Part shown: positions 56,437 to 64,000 of the stretch, in pieces
How the letters are laid out: the number at the start of each line of letters is the position of its first letter
Position numbering within the stretch: the first letter of the stretch is position 1
The notes under the pieces: generated by a model
Databases searched by the model: none
What the model was told of the DNA's origin: nothing
The model's input: the letters and a program-made list of their open reading frames with translations, nothing else
Virus record (IMG/VR): IMGVR_UViG_3300037313_001572
DNA from: a virus
DNA length: 64,000 bases
Strand: one strand, 5' to 3'
Position numbers and translations under genes: made by a program

Positions 56437-57399
56437 TTACGGCCCGATGAATTGGCCGATGGTGGCTGAGGCTGTGGGTTTCCAGGAAATCACCTTTTCC
56501 TTGGCCGCCTGGAACTGCCGAAGAATTTCCTCCTTGGCCTGCTTGTTGGTGAAACCGTTGTGACCGGTGAAGCGCATGGCCACGTAGGGGTAGACGACGA
56601 GTTCATGCCAGTTGGCCGGGATGGGGATATCCGGAGCGGAACTTGCATCGCCGAAATCGGATGCCTGAAAGGTGGGCGCTTCGATCTTCAGACGCATGTA
56701 AAGCCGGTAGGCCTGGTTAGGCATCGGGTTGACGTGCAGATACAGCGGGATGTAGCTCAATCCAAGTGCAGGATCGTTGTGCGGCTCACAGAAGTAGACC
56801 GCGGGCTGGCCGATCGATTTGGACTGCTGGATATAGTACGTGCTGCCGGGCCGCTGGGGAGGGTTGCCATAGTCGTGCGGGATATTCCACGCGCGGAATT
56901 CCTGCCTCGAGGTGGACGGAATCAGCGGAACCGTTTTCGGCAGTTCCACGGGATCCAAAACGCAATCGGTTCCCTGCGGCAATTTCAGGGTGTCGCCGTA
57001 GACAACGCCGCTGACCGTGCCCGTCGATCCCATGTACGGGTAAAGCAGCTGCGTTCCGCTGACAAGTTCGTTGTCCTGGTCATCGCCGCCCAGCCGGAAG
57101 GTGCAAAGCTGCATCCAGTTTTGATACCCGGAAAAGGTGATCGCCTTGGAGTATTGCGTCACGCCGATGCCCGCCACGGACGTTGGTGCGTGCAAAACAT
57201 CCCCGTAACGCTGCTCGCTCCATGCAGAGGTGCCATCGGCGAAGATTTGCGAGATTCCGCCAGTCATGCACCCGGCGAGGAATTCCAAATCCCCTGCCAG
57301 CTGTGGACGCTTCAGAACAGAATCCGGGTTGGCTGTAAGGTCGAAGGAATTGACCCCGATATAAGGGAGCAGGCGGAGGGCGAAATCTTGCGGCTTCAT
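56437..57399 (-). CDS. Head-tail adaptor / tail tubular protein
   Basis: Position after the capsid gene; C-terminal P.IP..WHELVVY..AMR pattern. Confidence 0.55.
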   Translation of the reverse strand: MKPQDFALRLLPYIGVNSFDLTANPDSVLKRPQLAGDLEFLAGCMTGGISQIFADGTSAWSEQRYGDVLHAPTSVAGIGVTQYSKAITFSGYQNWMQLCTFRLGGDDQDNELVSGTQLLYPYMGSTGTVSGVVYGDTLKLPQGTDCVLDPVELPKTVPLIPSTSRQEFRAWNIPHDYGNPPQRPGSTYYIQQSKSIGQPAVYFCEPHNDPALGLSYIPLYLHVNPMPNQAYRLYMRLKIEAPTFQASDFGDASSAPDIPIPANWHELVVYPYVAMRFTGHNGFTNKQAKEEILRQFQAAKEKVISWKPTASATIGQFIGP

Positions 57400-58017
57400 T
57401 TAGGCGACGTTTTTCAGGATGTCGGCAAGATCGGGAAGCGCGAGCAAGCTGGCGCGAAGCGTTTCCGTCGAGGGACTGGGAACGAGCTTGATGCGCTCTT
57501 CGGGCAAGTTGGCCAGCTTGGCGAGATTTCGCATGTCGCGATATCCCATCTCGTCCAGAGCCTTTCGAGGGTCGATATCGGTGCTTTGCTCTTTCACCTC
57601 TTTGAGAGTCGGAATTTCCGCCGCCTGCTGTGCGGCCGGCGGCTGTTCCGGAAGTGCTTTCGCTTCGACCTGGGCCGGCCGCTCGAGTTCGGAGATGCGC
57701 GCAAGGAGGGTCTGGATGGTGATGCGCGATTCCGTCAGCTGCGCGGCCATTGCGTCCAGCTTCTCCTCCGCGATCGTTTCCGGGGAATCCGGATCCGGAA
57801 TGGATTCGGCCGTGACAAAGGAGCGCGCGGTGCGCCGCTTCAAGCCGGCGCAAATATCCATGCCGTGCACGTTCCAATCCTTCTCGGAAATCTTGATTTC
57901 GTGATGCTTGGAAGCGGCGTTGTAGACGGCGTGCCCGAAGGATTTGCCGGTACGTCCGGCCACGTGTTGCGGGATGTGCGGGGGAAGCCCGAGGAAGTGA
58001 ACGAGGTATTGAATCAT
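57400..58017 (-). CDS. Hypothetical head-associated protein
   Basis: Follows the MCP terminator. Confidence 0.55.
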   Translation of the reverse strand: MIQYLVHFLGLPPHIPQHVAGRTGKSFGHAVYNAASKHHEIKISEKDWNVHGMDICAGLKRRTARSFVTAESIPDPDSPETIAEEKLDAMAAQLTESRITIQTLLARISELERPAQVEAKALPEQPPAAQQAAEIPTLKEVKEQSTDIDPRKALDEMGYRDMRNLAKLANLPEERIKLVPSPSTETLRASLLALPDLADILKNVA

Positions 58018-58023
58018 AGGGTG

Positions 58024-58060
58024 AAAAAGAAGGCCGGGGGCGGGGATACCGCCCCCGGCC
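58024..58060 (-). terminator. Intrinsic terminator after the major capsid gene
   Basis: GGCCGGGGGCGG-TATCC-CCGCCCCCGGCC followed by TTCTTTTT. Confidence 0.85.
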
Positions 58061-58080
58061 GGGGATTTGGGCCAGTCGCC

Positions 58081-59667
58081 TTACGAGATGATCGGCGCGC
58101 CCGGGGTCGGGAGGGCCGCTTCAATCACAACGAAGCCCGGATAAACGAGGTCAGGACGTTGCACGGCATTGCAGCCCCACACGGCTTCCACGCCGATAGC
58201 GTGATCCATGTCGTGGTTACGATGCTCTTCCGTGCGCTTGCCGACTTGCGGATCCGCCTTGTTGCCGTTGATCGTGCCGGCGCCGGTGGCGATTGCTTCC
58301 TGTGCCAGGCCGAGGAACCGGCAGAAGGGAACGCCGGCGGCGTTGCACTCCTGAATCAGCGCGCCTACGACGAAGTTCGTCGTTTCGGTGCCAATCCCGA
58401 TGGAGATTGCCGCGCCGCTGATGGTGATCTGGTTGCCGTCATTGGTGATGTACGGGAACACGCCGTAGCTGTTGTTCGGATTCTGGATCCGCAGATACCG
58501 GGTAGTGGAGTTGTCCGCGGCGATCGTCTCGCCGTTGGCAAACGTCCAGGGGGCATTGCTGAAGTATCCGAAGTAGAGCGGGGCCGGCGAAACGGAGGCG
58601 GCGTCATTGCTGCCGCCACCCTGAACGACCGTGGAAGTCGTCGCGCCAGTGATGGCCACGCCGAGGAATCCGCGGGGCACGAGCGGGCTGCCGACCGGGC
58701 CATAGTTGCCGTGGTCGATGTGCTCCCAGCGATAGATGCCATGTCCCAACCAGTCATCATACCGGCCGGTGAAGATGGTATTGTCGGTGCCGCGCACGCC
58801 ACCCTTGATACGGGCCTCGAGGTAGGCGTCTTCGGTGTCGAGCGGGATCCAACCGAGATTCGCGCCGAGGATGAGATGGTTCGAGAAGGTCGAACCGGCT
58901 TCATCCTTGCCGACACGCATCGGCTTGCCGCCGTTGCTGGTGATCTGCAGGCCGGTGCGGCTGATGAGCGAGGTCGACATGACAGACGCGCTGACCAGGT
59001 CTGCACGGCTGTTGCAGCCATCGGGCAGCAGGTAGTTGCGGCCAGAGGTGCCCGACTTGTTGATGATCTTCATCATGATGTCGTCGGACTTCTTCTTCGC
59101 CATGAGCTCTTTCAGGCCGGTGTTCACGATTTCATCGAGGCGCCCACCGATGACAGTTTCATCGCGGGCGACGGCCGTGAAGCCGACACCAAACCAGAAA
59201 CGGCCGATTTGCACCTGAAAGTTACCGATGCGGAGCTTCTGCTCGTTACCGATACGATCGCCTTCACCCATCACCGGCGGGCCGCCGAGACCGGCTACCG
59301 TCGGAATGTTCACGGTGTTACCCGCGACCTTCTCCGTTTCCATGACGTTGACGATGGGCCGGCCGCTGCCAGGCTTCCCGAGCATGCCATCGGCAAACGG
59401 GTTATCCTGATACATGCGGTCGGAACCGAGGACGATGCGGCGCACCCAGAGCTCTTCGCGAGCCTTGGCCGTCATCGTGGTCAGGTTGGAGACGGTAGTC
59501 GTGTTGATGACCGGATACGACGTGCCGAGCATGTTGGACATGCCATGCGGATTGATGAAGAGGACCAGCAAGCCGAAGACGCCAAAGCAGGCGACGGCGA
59601 GGGCCGTGAGGGTCAGATGACCAGCGCGCACAGTGTGGCGCGCCAAGGAGGATTTTTCAGTGTTCAC
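58081..59667 (-). CDS. Major capsid protein (N4-gp56 / DUF4043-like)
   Basis: KVAGNTVNIP..LGG..V.GEG..IGNEQKL..V.I pattern; HAIGVEAVWG; strong downstream terminator; follows the scaffold. Confidence 0.8.
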   Translation of the reverse strand: MNTEKSSLARHTVRAGHLTLTALAVACFGVFGLLVLFINPHGMSNMLGTSYPVINTTTVSNLTTMTAKAREELWVRRIVLGSDRMYQDNPFADGMLGKPGSGRPIVNVMETEKVAGNTVNIPTVAGLGGPPVMGEGDRIGNEQKLRIGNFQVQIGRFWFGVGFTAVARDETVIGGRLDEIVNTGLKELMAKKKSDDIMMKIINKSGTSGRNYLLPDGCNSRADLVSASVMSTSLISRTGLQITSNGGKPMRVGKDEAGSTFSNHLILGANLGWIPLDTEDAYLEARIKGGVRGTDNTIFTGRYDDWLGHGIYRWEHIDHGNYGPVGSPLVPRGFLGVAITGATTSTVVQGGGSNDAASVSPAPLYFGYFSNAPWTFANGETIAADNSTTRYLRIQNPNNSYGVFPYITNDGNQITISGAAISIGIGTETTNFVVGALIQECNAAGVPFCRFLGLAQEAIATGAGTINGNKADPQVGKRTEEHRNHDMDHAIGVEAVWGCNAVQRPDLVYPGFVVIEAALPTPGAPIIS

Positions 59668-59702
59668 GATTTTGGTGAAGAAGTGGTTTATGGTTTCGGT
59701 TA

Positions 59703-60959
59703 CTACCTGATGACAAACTGGGAAGGCCTCGAGCCGTAAAGAATTGCGTCGATACTTTCGGGGTCATCCAGAGAGGCAGCCAGGATTTGCGCCTCGGTCA
59801 GAGGAGCGGCCGGCGGCTGTGTGCCAGTGGCACCAGGGACCGGCGAAACGCGCCGCGGTTCGGGCTCAACCTGCTGTTGCTGAACGGCTGGGACGGGCGC
59901 CGCGGGCTGGGCGCGCAGGCTGTCGAAAGCCTGGGCGAAAGTCAGCGTGCCATTTGATTTCGCGGCCATTTCCGTAGCGAGTTCCACGGCAGCCAGGTTC
60001 GTCACATGGACAGCCGCATTAGTCGTTTGGAGGATGGCGTGATCCGGGTGATTCGGATTCAGCATCGCGTCAATCTTCGTCTGAATTTTCTGGCCGAGTG
60101 GCGTCGCCTTGTTGGCTGCGGTGGGAAATTCCGCCGCTGCCCGCTGCATCGCCTGGCGCCGGCCGTCCACTTCGACCTGAGAGGCTTTCGCCTCTGCGGC
60201 CTTGCGGGCGGAATCAGCGTCGCGCTGCGCAAGTGTCTTGGCTACTTTGGCATCATTGAGAGCGGAAAACTTCTCGGCGATTTTGTCGTCGAGTTCGTAG
60301 TGCCTTTCTCCGATGAAGCCCTCGCCAAGTTCCCTTTTCTCATCACGAAGGGCTTTTAACTCGCTCTCTATCCGAACTACATCCGATGTAGCCGTTTCAA
60401 GAGCGGTCGGACCTGGAGGAGCAACATGGGCGGGTTTGTCCGCTTCCGCAATGCGCGAAATGGCCTCGCTCAAAGTGACATATCCAGGGGAATCCTTGGT
60501 TTTGCCGCCATTAAGCGAGCTCTGAAGATTGATCGCCCGCTGCACGTCCGCCGGCAGTTCCGGCGCGCTGGGGGCGGGTGCCACAGGAGCAGGCGCCGCG
60601 GCCGGCGTTGCCGCTGGCGTAGGTGTCGCCGCAGGAGTCGCTGGAGTGACCGGCGCCGGGGGCGGGGTAGCTGCAGGAGTCGCTGCGGGTGCTGGGGTGG
60701 CGGGTGTCCCTTCCACTGCTGTAACCGGCACTTCGAGCGGTTTGGAACCGGCAAAGAACGAATCGATTTCATCGACGTTCATCGGCAGTCCGCCGCGCCC
60801 GTCATCCGGGGGAGCAGTAGAGGCAGGTTGGTTTTCCGCAACAGGAGGCGGAGTCGGCGCGGCCGTGGCCGGTTGGACTTCGCCGCTTTGCGCCGGCGGG
60901 GTAGTGGGCGTTGCCGTGGGTGCGGGTTCGCTCTGAGTTACCATATTGGATGTCTGCAT
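59703..60959 (-). CDS. Capsid scaffolding protein
   Basis: P/A/T-rich N-half plus coiled coil, directly upstream of MCP. Confidence 0.65.
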   Translation of the reverse strand: MQTSNMVTQSEPAPTATPTTPPAQSGEVQPATAAPTPPPVAENQPASTAPPDDGRGGLPMNVDEIDSFFAGSKPLEVPVTAVEGTPATPAPAATPAATPPPAPVTPATPAATPTPAATPAAAPAPVAPAPSAPELPADVQRAINLQSSLNGGKTKDSPGYVTLSEAISRIAEADKPAHVAPPGPTALETATSDVVRIESELKALRDEKRELGEGFIGERHYELDDKIAEKFSALNDAKVAKTLAQRDADSARKAAEAKASQVEVDGRRQAMQRAAAEFPTAANKATPLGQKIQTKIDAMLNPNHPDHAILQTTNAAVHVTNLAAVELATEMAAKSNGTLTFAQAFDSLRAQPAAPVPAVQQQQVEPEPRRVSPVPGATGTQPPAAPLTEAQILAASLDDPESIDAILYGSRPSQFVIR

Positions 60960-60997
60960 TTATGATGCCGTGACGAATGTCCAGCAATTTTCTGACT

Positions 60998-61016
60998 TGT
61001 CGCCCATTGGGCGACA
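60998..61016. promoter_or_regulatory. 19-bp palindrome TGTCGCCCA-T-TGGGCGACA, copy 3
   Basis: About 40 bp upstream of the scaffold ATG; 22 bp identical to 25613-25634. Confidence 0.75.
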
Positions 61017-61173
61017 CGTTCACCTCTTAGCGCGCGCTTTATTGCGCTTCCGCAGTTCGCCGCTGCTGCGGTCGCGCCGCTTCCGCGCCTCATCTCCGCC
61101 CTTTCGAAGTTCGTAGTCTCGAAGGCCTTTGAGCATGCTGCTCAATCCGTGGATAGTTGACGGGCCGTCATAT

Positions 61174-61773
61174 TCATTCATGGGGGGCGAACGGTATCAG
61201 GATGCCGCGCTCGAGCATCCGTTTCAGAATAGAAGAAAGCACAATTGAAAGCTCATGATCGCTAGATTTCGTCAAAATCTCGCTGGTGTGAAACGCAATT
61301 TTTTCTACATGCCTTTGACCTGCGCAGTGATTCGTGTCCCAAAGTTCGAGGTTTTCCGTCCTGTTGTCGTGCCGAATTCCATTTATGTGATGAACAGTTT
61401 CACCGGGTAGCAGGCCGCGCCCAATCTTCCGCTCCATCACAATTATGTGCTCCATTACGTAGCCATTGCAATCGGCACGATGATGCTCATTCACCTTAAC
61501 CCTTATGTATCCTCCAGACACCACTATCCTTCCCCCTTTCCAGTTGTGGTGTTTTTCTCCTATTTTTTGAGAGCATACTCTGGATACGATTTCTCGTTTC
61601 CAGCAACCACAACTTTTTGTCCTTCCAATTCTCAACGATGTTAACCACGGAGTGGTTATTTTACCGCATTCGCATCGGCAGCGAACCTGTTTTGCTTTCT
61701 TGCGTTTCCCGCGCCATCCCAAATCCTCTATTATCGTCAATCGGGAAAACGTTTGTCCGATCAGTTTGCTCAT
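61174..61773 (-). CDS. Free-standing HNH homing endonuclease
   Basis: LIGQTFSRLT..CRCECG..TKSCGC..GYVMEHIIVME..ETVHHINGIRHDNRTENL; AT-rich relative to flanks. Confidence 0.9.
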   Translation of the reverse strand: MSKLIGQTFSRLTIIEDLGWRGKRKKAKQVRCRCECGKITTPWLTSLRIGRTKSCGCWKREIVSRVCSQKIGEKHHNWKGGRIVVSGGYIRVKVNEHHRADCNGYVMEHIIVMERKIGRGLLPGETVHHINGIRHDNRTENLELWDTNHCAGQRHVEKIAFHTSEILTKSSDHELSIVLSSILKRMLERGILIPFAPHE

Positions 61774-62411
61774 GGCGCGAATTTCAATTTTATACCCCTA
61801 TATTGCATTCTTTTCAATACTGCAGCACATCCAAGTTGCCCATCTACTGCGGTTTTTGAAAACCTGCCATCGCTTACAAATTTTCCAGGTCTTTCAATTG
61901 TTGTTCCAGCCCAAAGATATGGAGAGGGCGGCCGTCCAGGACTCCTATATCCAGGACCATTAAATAGCTCAATTGCGTCCAATGATGACTGAAGATTAGA
62001 CCAATCTTTTTGGTCCAATTTGTCGACAGTATAGTAGGCATCCTCGGCGCTCTCCTCGAACGTGAATGGGGGCAGCTTCGGATACGGCAGCCGGCCCTTC
62101 GGGATATCGCGTGTCCGATGGGTCAGCGGGCTGCCCTCGTGCGGATGGCACCGGAAATTGTTGTCGCTCTCGCGCATGTGCAGGCAGAAGAGTGCCGGCG
62201 CCGGAACGCCGTTTGCGCGCATCTTCGAAATGGCCTCATAGCGGTAGGCGTTGCGCTGATAGAACGCGACCTCCTGGTCGAGCCTGATGGAGTCCTTCGG
62301 ATTGATCTTGGCCGCGCGCCAGCGGGCGACCTGGTCAACCGGATCGGCAAGAATCGACGTGCACCCAGGCACCAGCAGCACCAGGGCCAAAAGTTGCACG
62401 TGAAACCTCAT
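61770..62411 (-). CDS. Endolysin, lysozyme-like (COG5526-type) with N-terminal signal
   Basis: LHMRESD, EGSPL..T..IPKGR, E.FNG.GY..SPYLWAGT..GKFVSDG.F..D.QLGCAAVLK. Confidence 0.8.
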   Translation of the reverse strand: MRFHVQLLALVLLVPGCTSILADPVDQVARWRAAKINPKDSIRLDQEVAFYQRNAYRYEAISKMRANGVPAPALFCLHMRESDNNFRCHPHEGSPLTHRTRDIPKGRLPYPKLPPFTFEESAEDAYYTVDKLDQKDWSNLQSSLDAIELFNGPGYRSPGRPPSPYLWAGTTIERPGKFVSDGRFSKTAVDGQLGCAAVLKRMQYRGIKLKFAP

Positions 62412-62740
62412 CGTCCCACCGATGCTCCGACGATGCATTCGCCGATGAAGAACGCGCACAGGATGACCACGGTGAGAATCAGGCGCGTCTTCGGCTCCGC
62501 GTTATTCCAGGACGACACGAATGAGCCGGCATGGAAATCCTTGTCGAGCGTCTCGCGAAAGAGGAGGTGAATAATCAGCAGAATGGTGCTGACGGCCACG
62601 CAGGAAACCGCCGGGATGTAAATGAGCGCGCCCAGCTTTTGGAAAATCGATTCCTTAAGGCAGAGTCCGACGAAAATCACCGTGATGACAATGATTTGCC
62701 AATGGCGCATGAAGAAGGTGATGAGGGGGATGTTTTTCAT
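62408..62740 (-). CDS. Holin (three TM helices)
   Basis: Three hydrophobic segments; overlaps the endolysin start. Confidence 0.65.
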   Translation of the reverse strand: MKNIPLITFFMRHWQIIVITVIFVGLCLKESIFQKLGALIYIPAVSCVAVSTILLIIHLLFRETLDKDFHAGSFVSSWNNAEPKTRLILTVVILCAFFIGECIVGASVGR

Positions 62741-62742
62741 AA

Positions 62743-63399
62743 TCAGGGGATGACTTTGCCGGCGGCTGCCGCCGAGGTGTTGAGGACGAGTTTGCCTGAG
62801 AACCAGAGAAACCCGAAAATGACAATAGCGAGACCGGCGACCGCCTCGAGAGCACGGCGGATCCAGTTCTTAGACTTGAGCTCTCGAGCTTCATTTTCCG
62901 CCGTGGCTCGAGCAACGCTTTCCTGGCTCGCTTTCACTGCCAGTTGTGCCGCCGCCACTTTGTAATTTTCTTTGTCCGCCAAACTCTGTTTATCGGCCGC
63001 CTGCGCCTCTTCGATCTGCGCGCCGTGCACCGTCTGCTTTGCCTCGATGCTTCCCATCCTGGCGGCAAGCCCGGCATTGGCCGTCTTGATGGCCGCAACC
63101 TCCTGGCGCGCGGCATCGATCTTGTCCCGCAATTCCGGCGGGGCGATGCGGAAAAGGTCGTCCAGCTTCGGGCCAAGCACTTCGATATGTTGCCCCTCAT
63201 CGGCGACCGCCTGGCGGGCCTGTTGCACTTCCGCCTGGATTTCCTTGTGCGATGCAGCCGCGGATGTCACGGCGTCGTGCAGCCGCTTCGTGCCGGCATC
63301 CATCTTCGCCGAGTCCGGGGCCTTGTAGACCACCGGTTTGCTGGCGCAGGCCGTAAGAATTGAGGCAGCTGCCAGAGTGACGAAGAGGTGAGTTTTCAT
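62743..63399 (-). CDS. Spanin-like lipoprotein with C-terminal TM
   Basis: Lipobox ILTAC, coiled coil, ALEAVAGLAIVIFGFLWF. Confidence 0.6.
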   Translation of the reverse strand: MKTHLFVTLAAASILTACASKPVVYKAPDSAKMDAGTKRLHDAVTSAAASHKEIQAEVQQARQAVADEGQHIEVLGPKLDDLFRIAPPELRDKIDAARQEVAAIKTANAGLAARMGSIEAKQTVHGAQIEEAQAADKQSLADKENYKVAAAQLAVKASQESVARATAENEARELKSKNWIRRALEAVAGLAIVIFGFLWFSGKLVLNTSAAAAGKVIP

Positions 63400-64000
63400 G
63401 CGGGATTTGCGGCAGGCAGCTGGGGAAGTGCGTTGTGGTGATTGTGGGGCGTTATACGTGCTCCCCCGAAATAATTCAAGAGCGTACCGTCGCTGCGACA
63501 AATCGGGCTGGCGCTCACTCGGATGAAAGTTCGATGCCCGTGCCGGTCAATGAGGTGATACTCGTCGATGTACCGGCGCTTATGGTCGACCGCAAGGCGC
63601 CAGGCATTCACCACCCGCGGAAGGTCGTTTGGGCATACCCCCAATTCCCATCCCGTGCCGAGCGTGTCATCCAACGAAAGGCCGGTGATGTGCGTCCACG
63701 TGTCATTTACCCAGGTCGTCCTGCCGGTCTCGTCGGTGATGAACCAGATGCGGCTGTCATCGGCGTCCATGGTGTGCTGCCGAATTTTGATCTGGTTTAG
63801 CTGGCCGTCATCAAGCTTGGTCAGTTTGTCGACGATTTCCTTTCTGGCATTCTCGATCGCGGCCGCGTTGTTGTCGCTCAGTTCCTTGAACCTTTCCCGT
63901 ATCTCCAGGTTGAACTTGGCTCCGTTGTAGAACGATACCAGCAACCGGTAGAGCTTCGGCATCAGTGCAAAAATGCCTCCGATGGCGGCCAGGGACGCAA
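63396..64000 (-). CDS. TM + coiled-coil + PAS-domain protein (5'-truncated by window edge)
   Basis: Frame is open to the window end (ASLAAIGGIFALMPKLY); IWFITDETGRTTWVNDTWTHITGL...GTGW..V.PND..W..A..EYHL..GH..V.A.P is a PAS_3-type pattern. Confidence 0.75.
   Translation of the reverse strand, partial: ASLAAIGGIFALMPKLYRLLVSFYNGAKFNLEIRERFKELSDNNAAAIENARKEIVDKLTKLDDGQLNQIKIRQHTMDADDSRIWFITDETGRTTWVNDTWTHITGLSLDDTLGTGWELGVCPNDLPRVVNAWRLAVDHKRRYIDEYHLIDRHGHRTFIRVSASPICRSDGTLLNYFGGARITPHNHHNALPQLPAANPA

Noticed and set aside
56560-59739. 1059-aa plus-strand ORF (likewise 2497-4716, 15619-17658, 5890-7065, 10408-11730)
   Set aside because: Codon-register antisense shadows of GC-rich minus-strand genes; no motifs. 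Such shadows are common here, so ORF length alone was never used as evidence for nesting
1-64000. Integrase, att sites, CI-like repressor, RNA/DNA polymerase, tape measure; host assignment
   Set aside because: None recognisable in this window. SD-poor A/C-rich leaders are compatible with some PVC-group hosts but are insufficient to assign one

Overview
This window is most of a ~60% GC tailed-phage genome (podovirus-like: N4-gp56-type major capsid, P22-like portal, no tape measure, very large ejection proteins). No integrase, att site, CRISPR array or rRNA is visible. Nearly all genes are on the minus strand. From 64 kb down to 1 they run: PAS protein and lysis cassette; scaffold, capsid and tail; replication/recombination (RHH, SSB-like, SMC-like ATPase, UvrD, J-domain, intein-containing SF2 helicase, initiator + DnaC-like loader, C5 methyltransferase); a short plus-strand early cluster (28.9-31.2 kb); terS; a palindrome-rich non-coding region; terL; a 4537-aa polyvalent DarB-like protein; portal; tailspike (runs off the left edge and was missed by the ORF track). 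Main highlights: (1) systematic gene nesting. Three HNH homing endonucleases sit inside host genes whose own frame stays open across them (antisense in the giant protein, +1 frame in an intein, +1 frame in the C5 MTase), and further small +1-frame genes occupy 'linkers' of the giant protein. (2) TerL carries an intact N-terminal Cys-phosphatase (HCxxGxSR) domain. (3) A 14-bp tandem triplication frameshifts the C5 MTase; 1 or 4 copies restore the frame. (4) A TM-PAS protein lies next to the lysis cassette. (5) A perfect 19-bp palindrome is shared by the packaging region and the capsid-operon leader. All family assignments come from motifs recognised by eye; no database searches were run.
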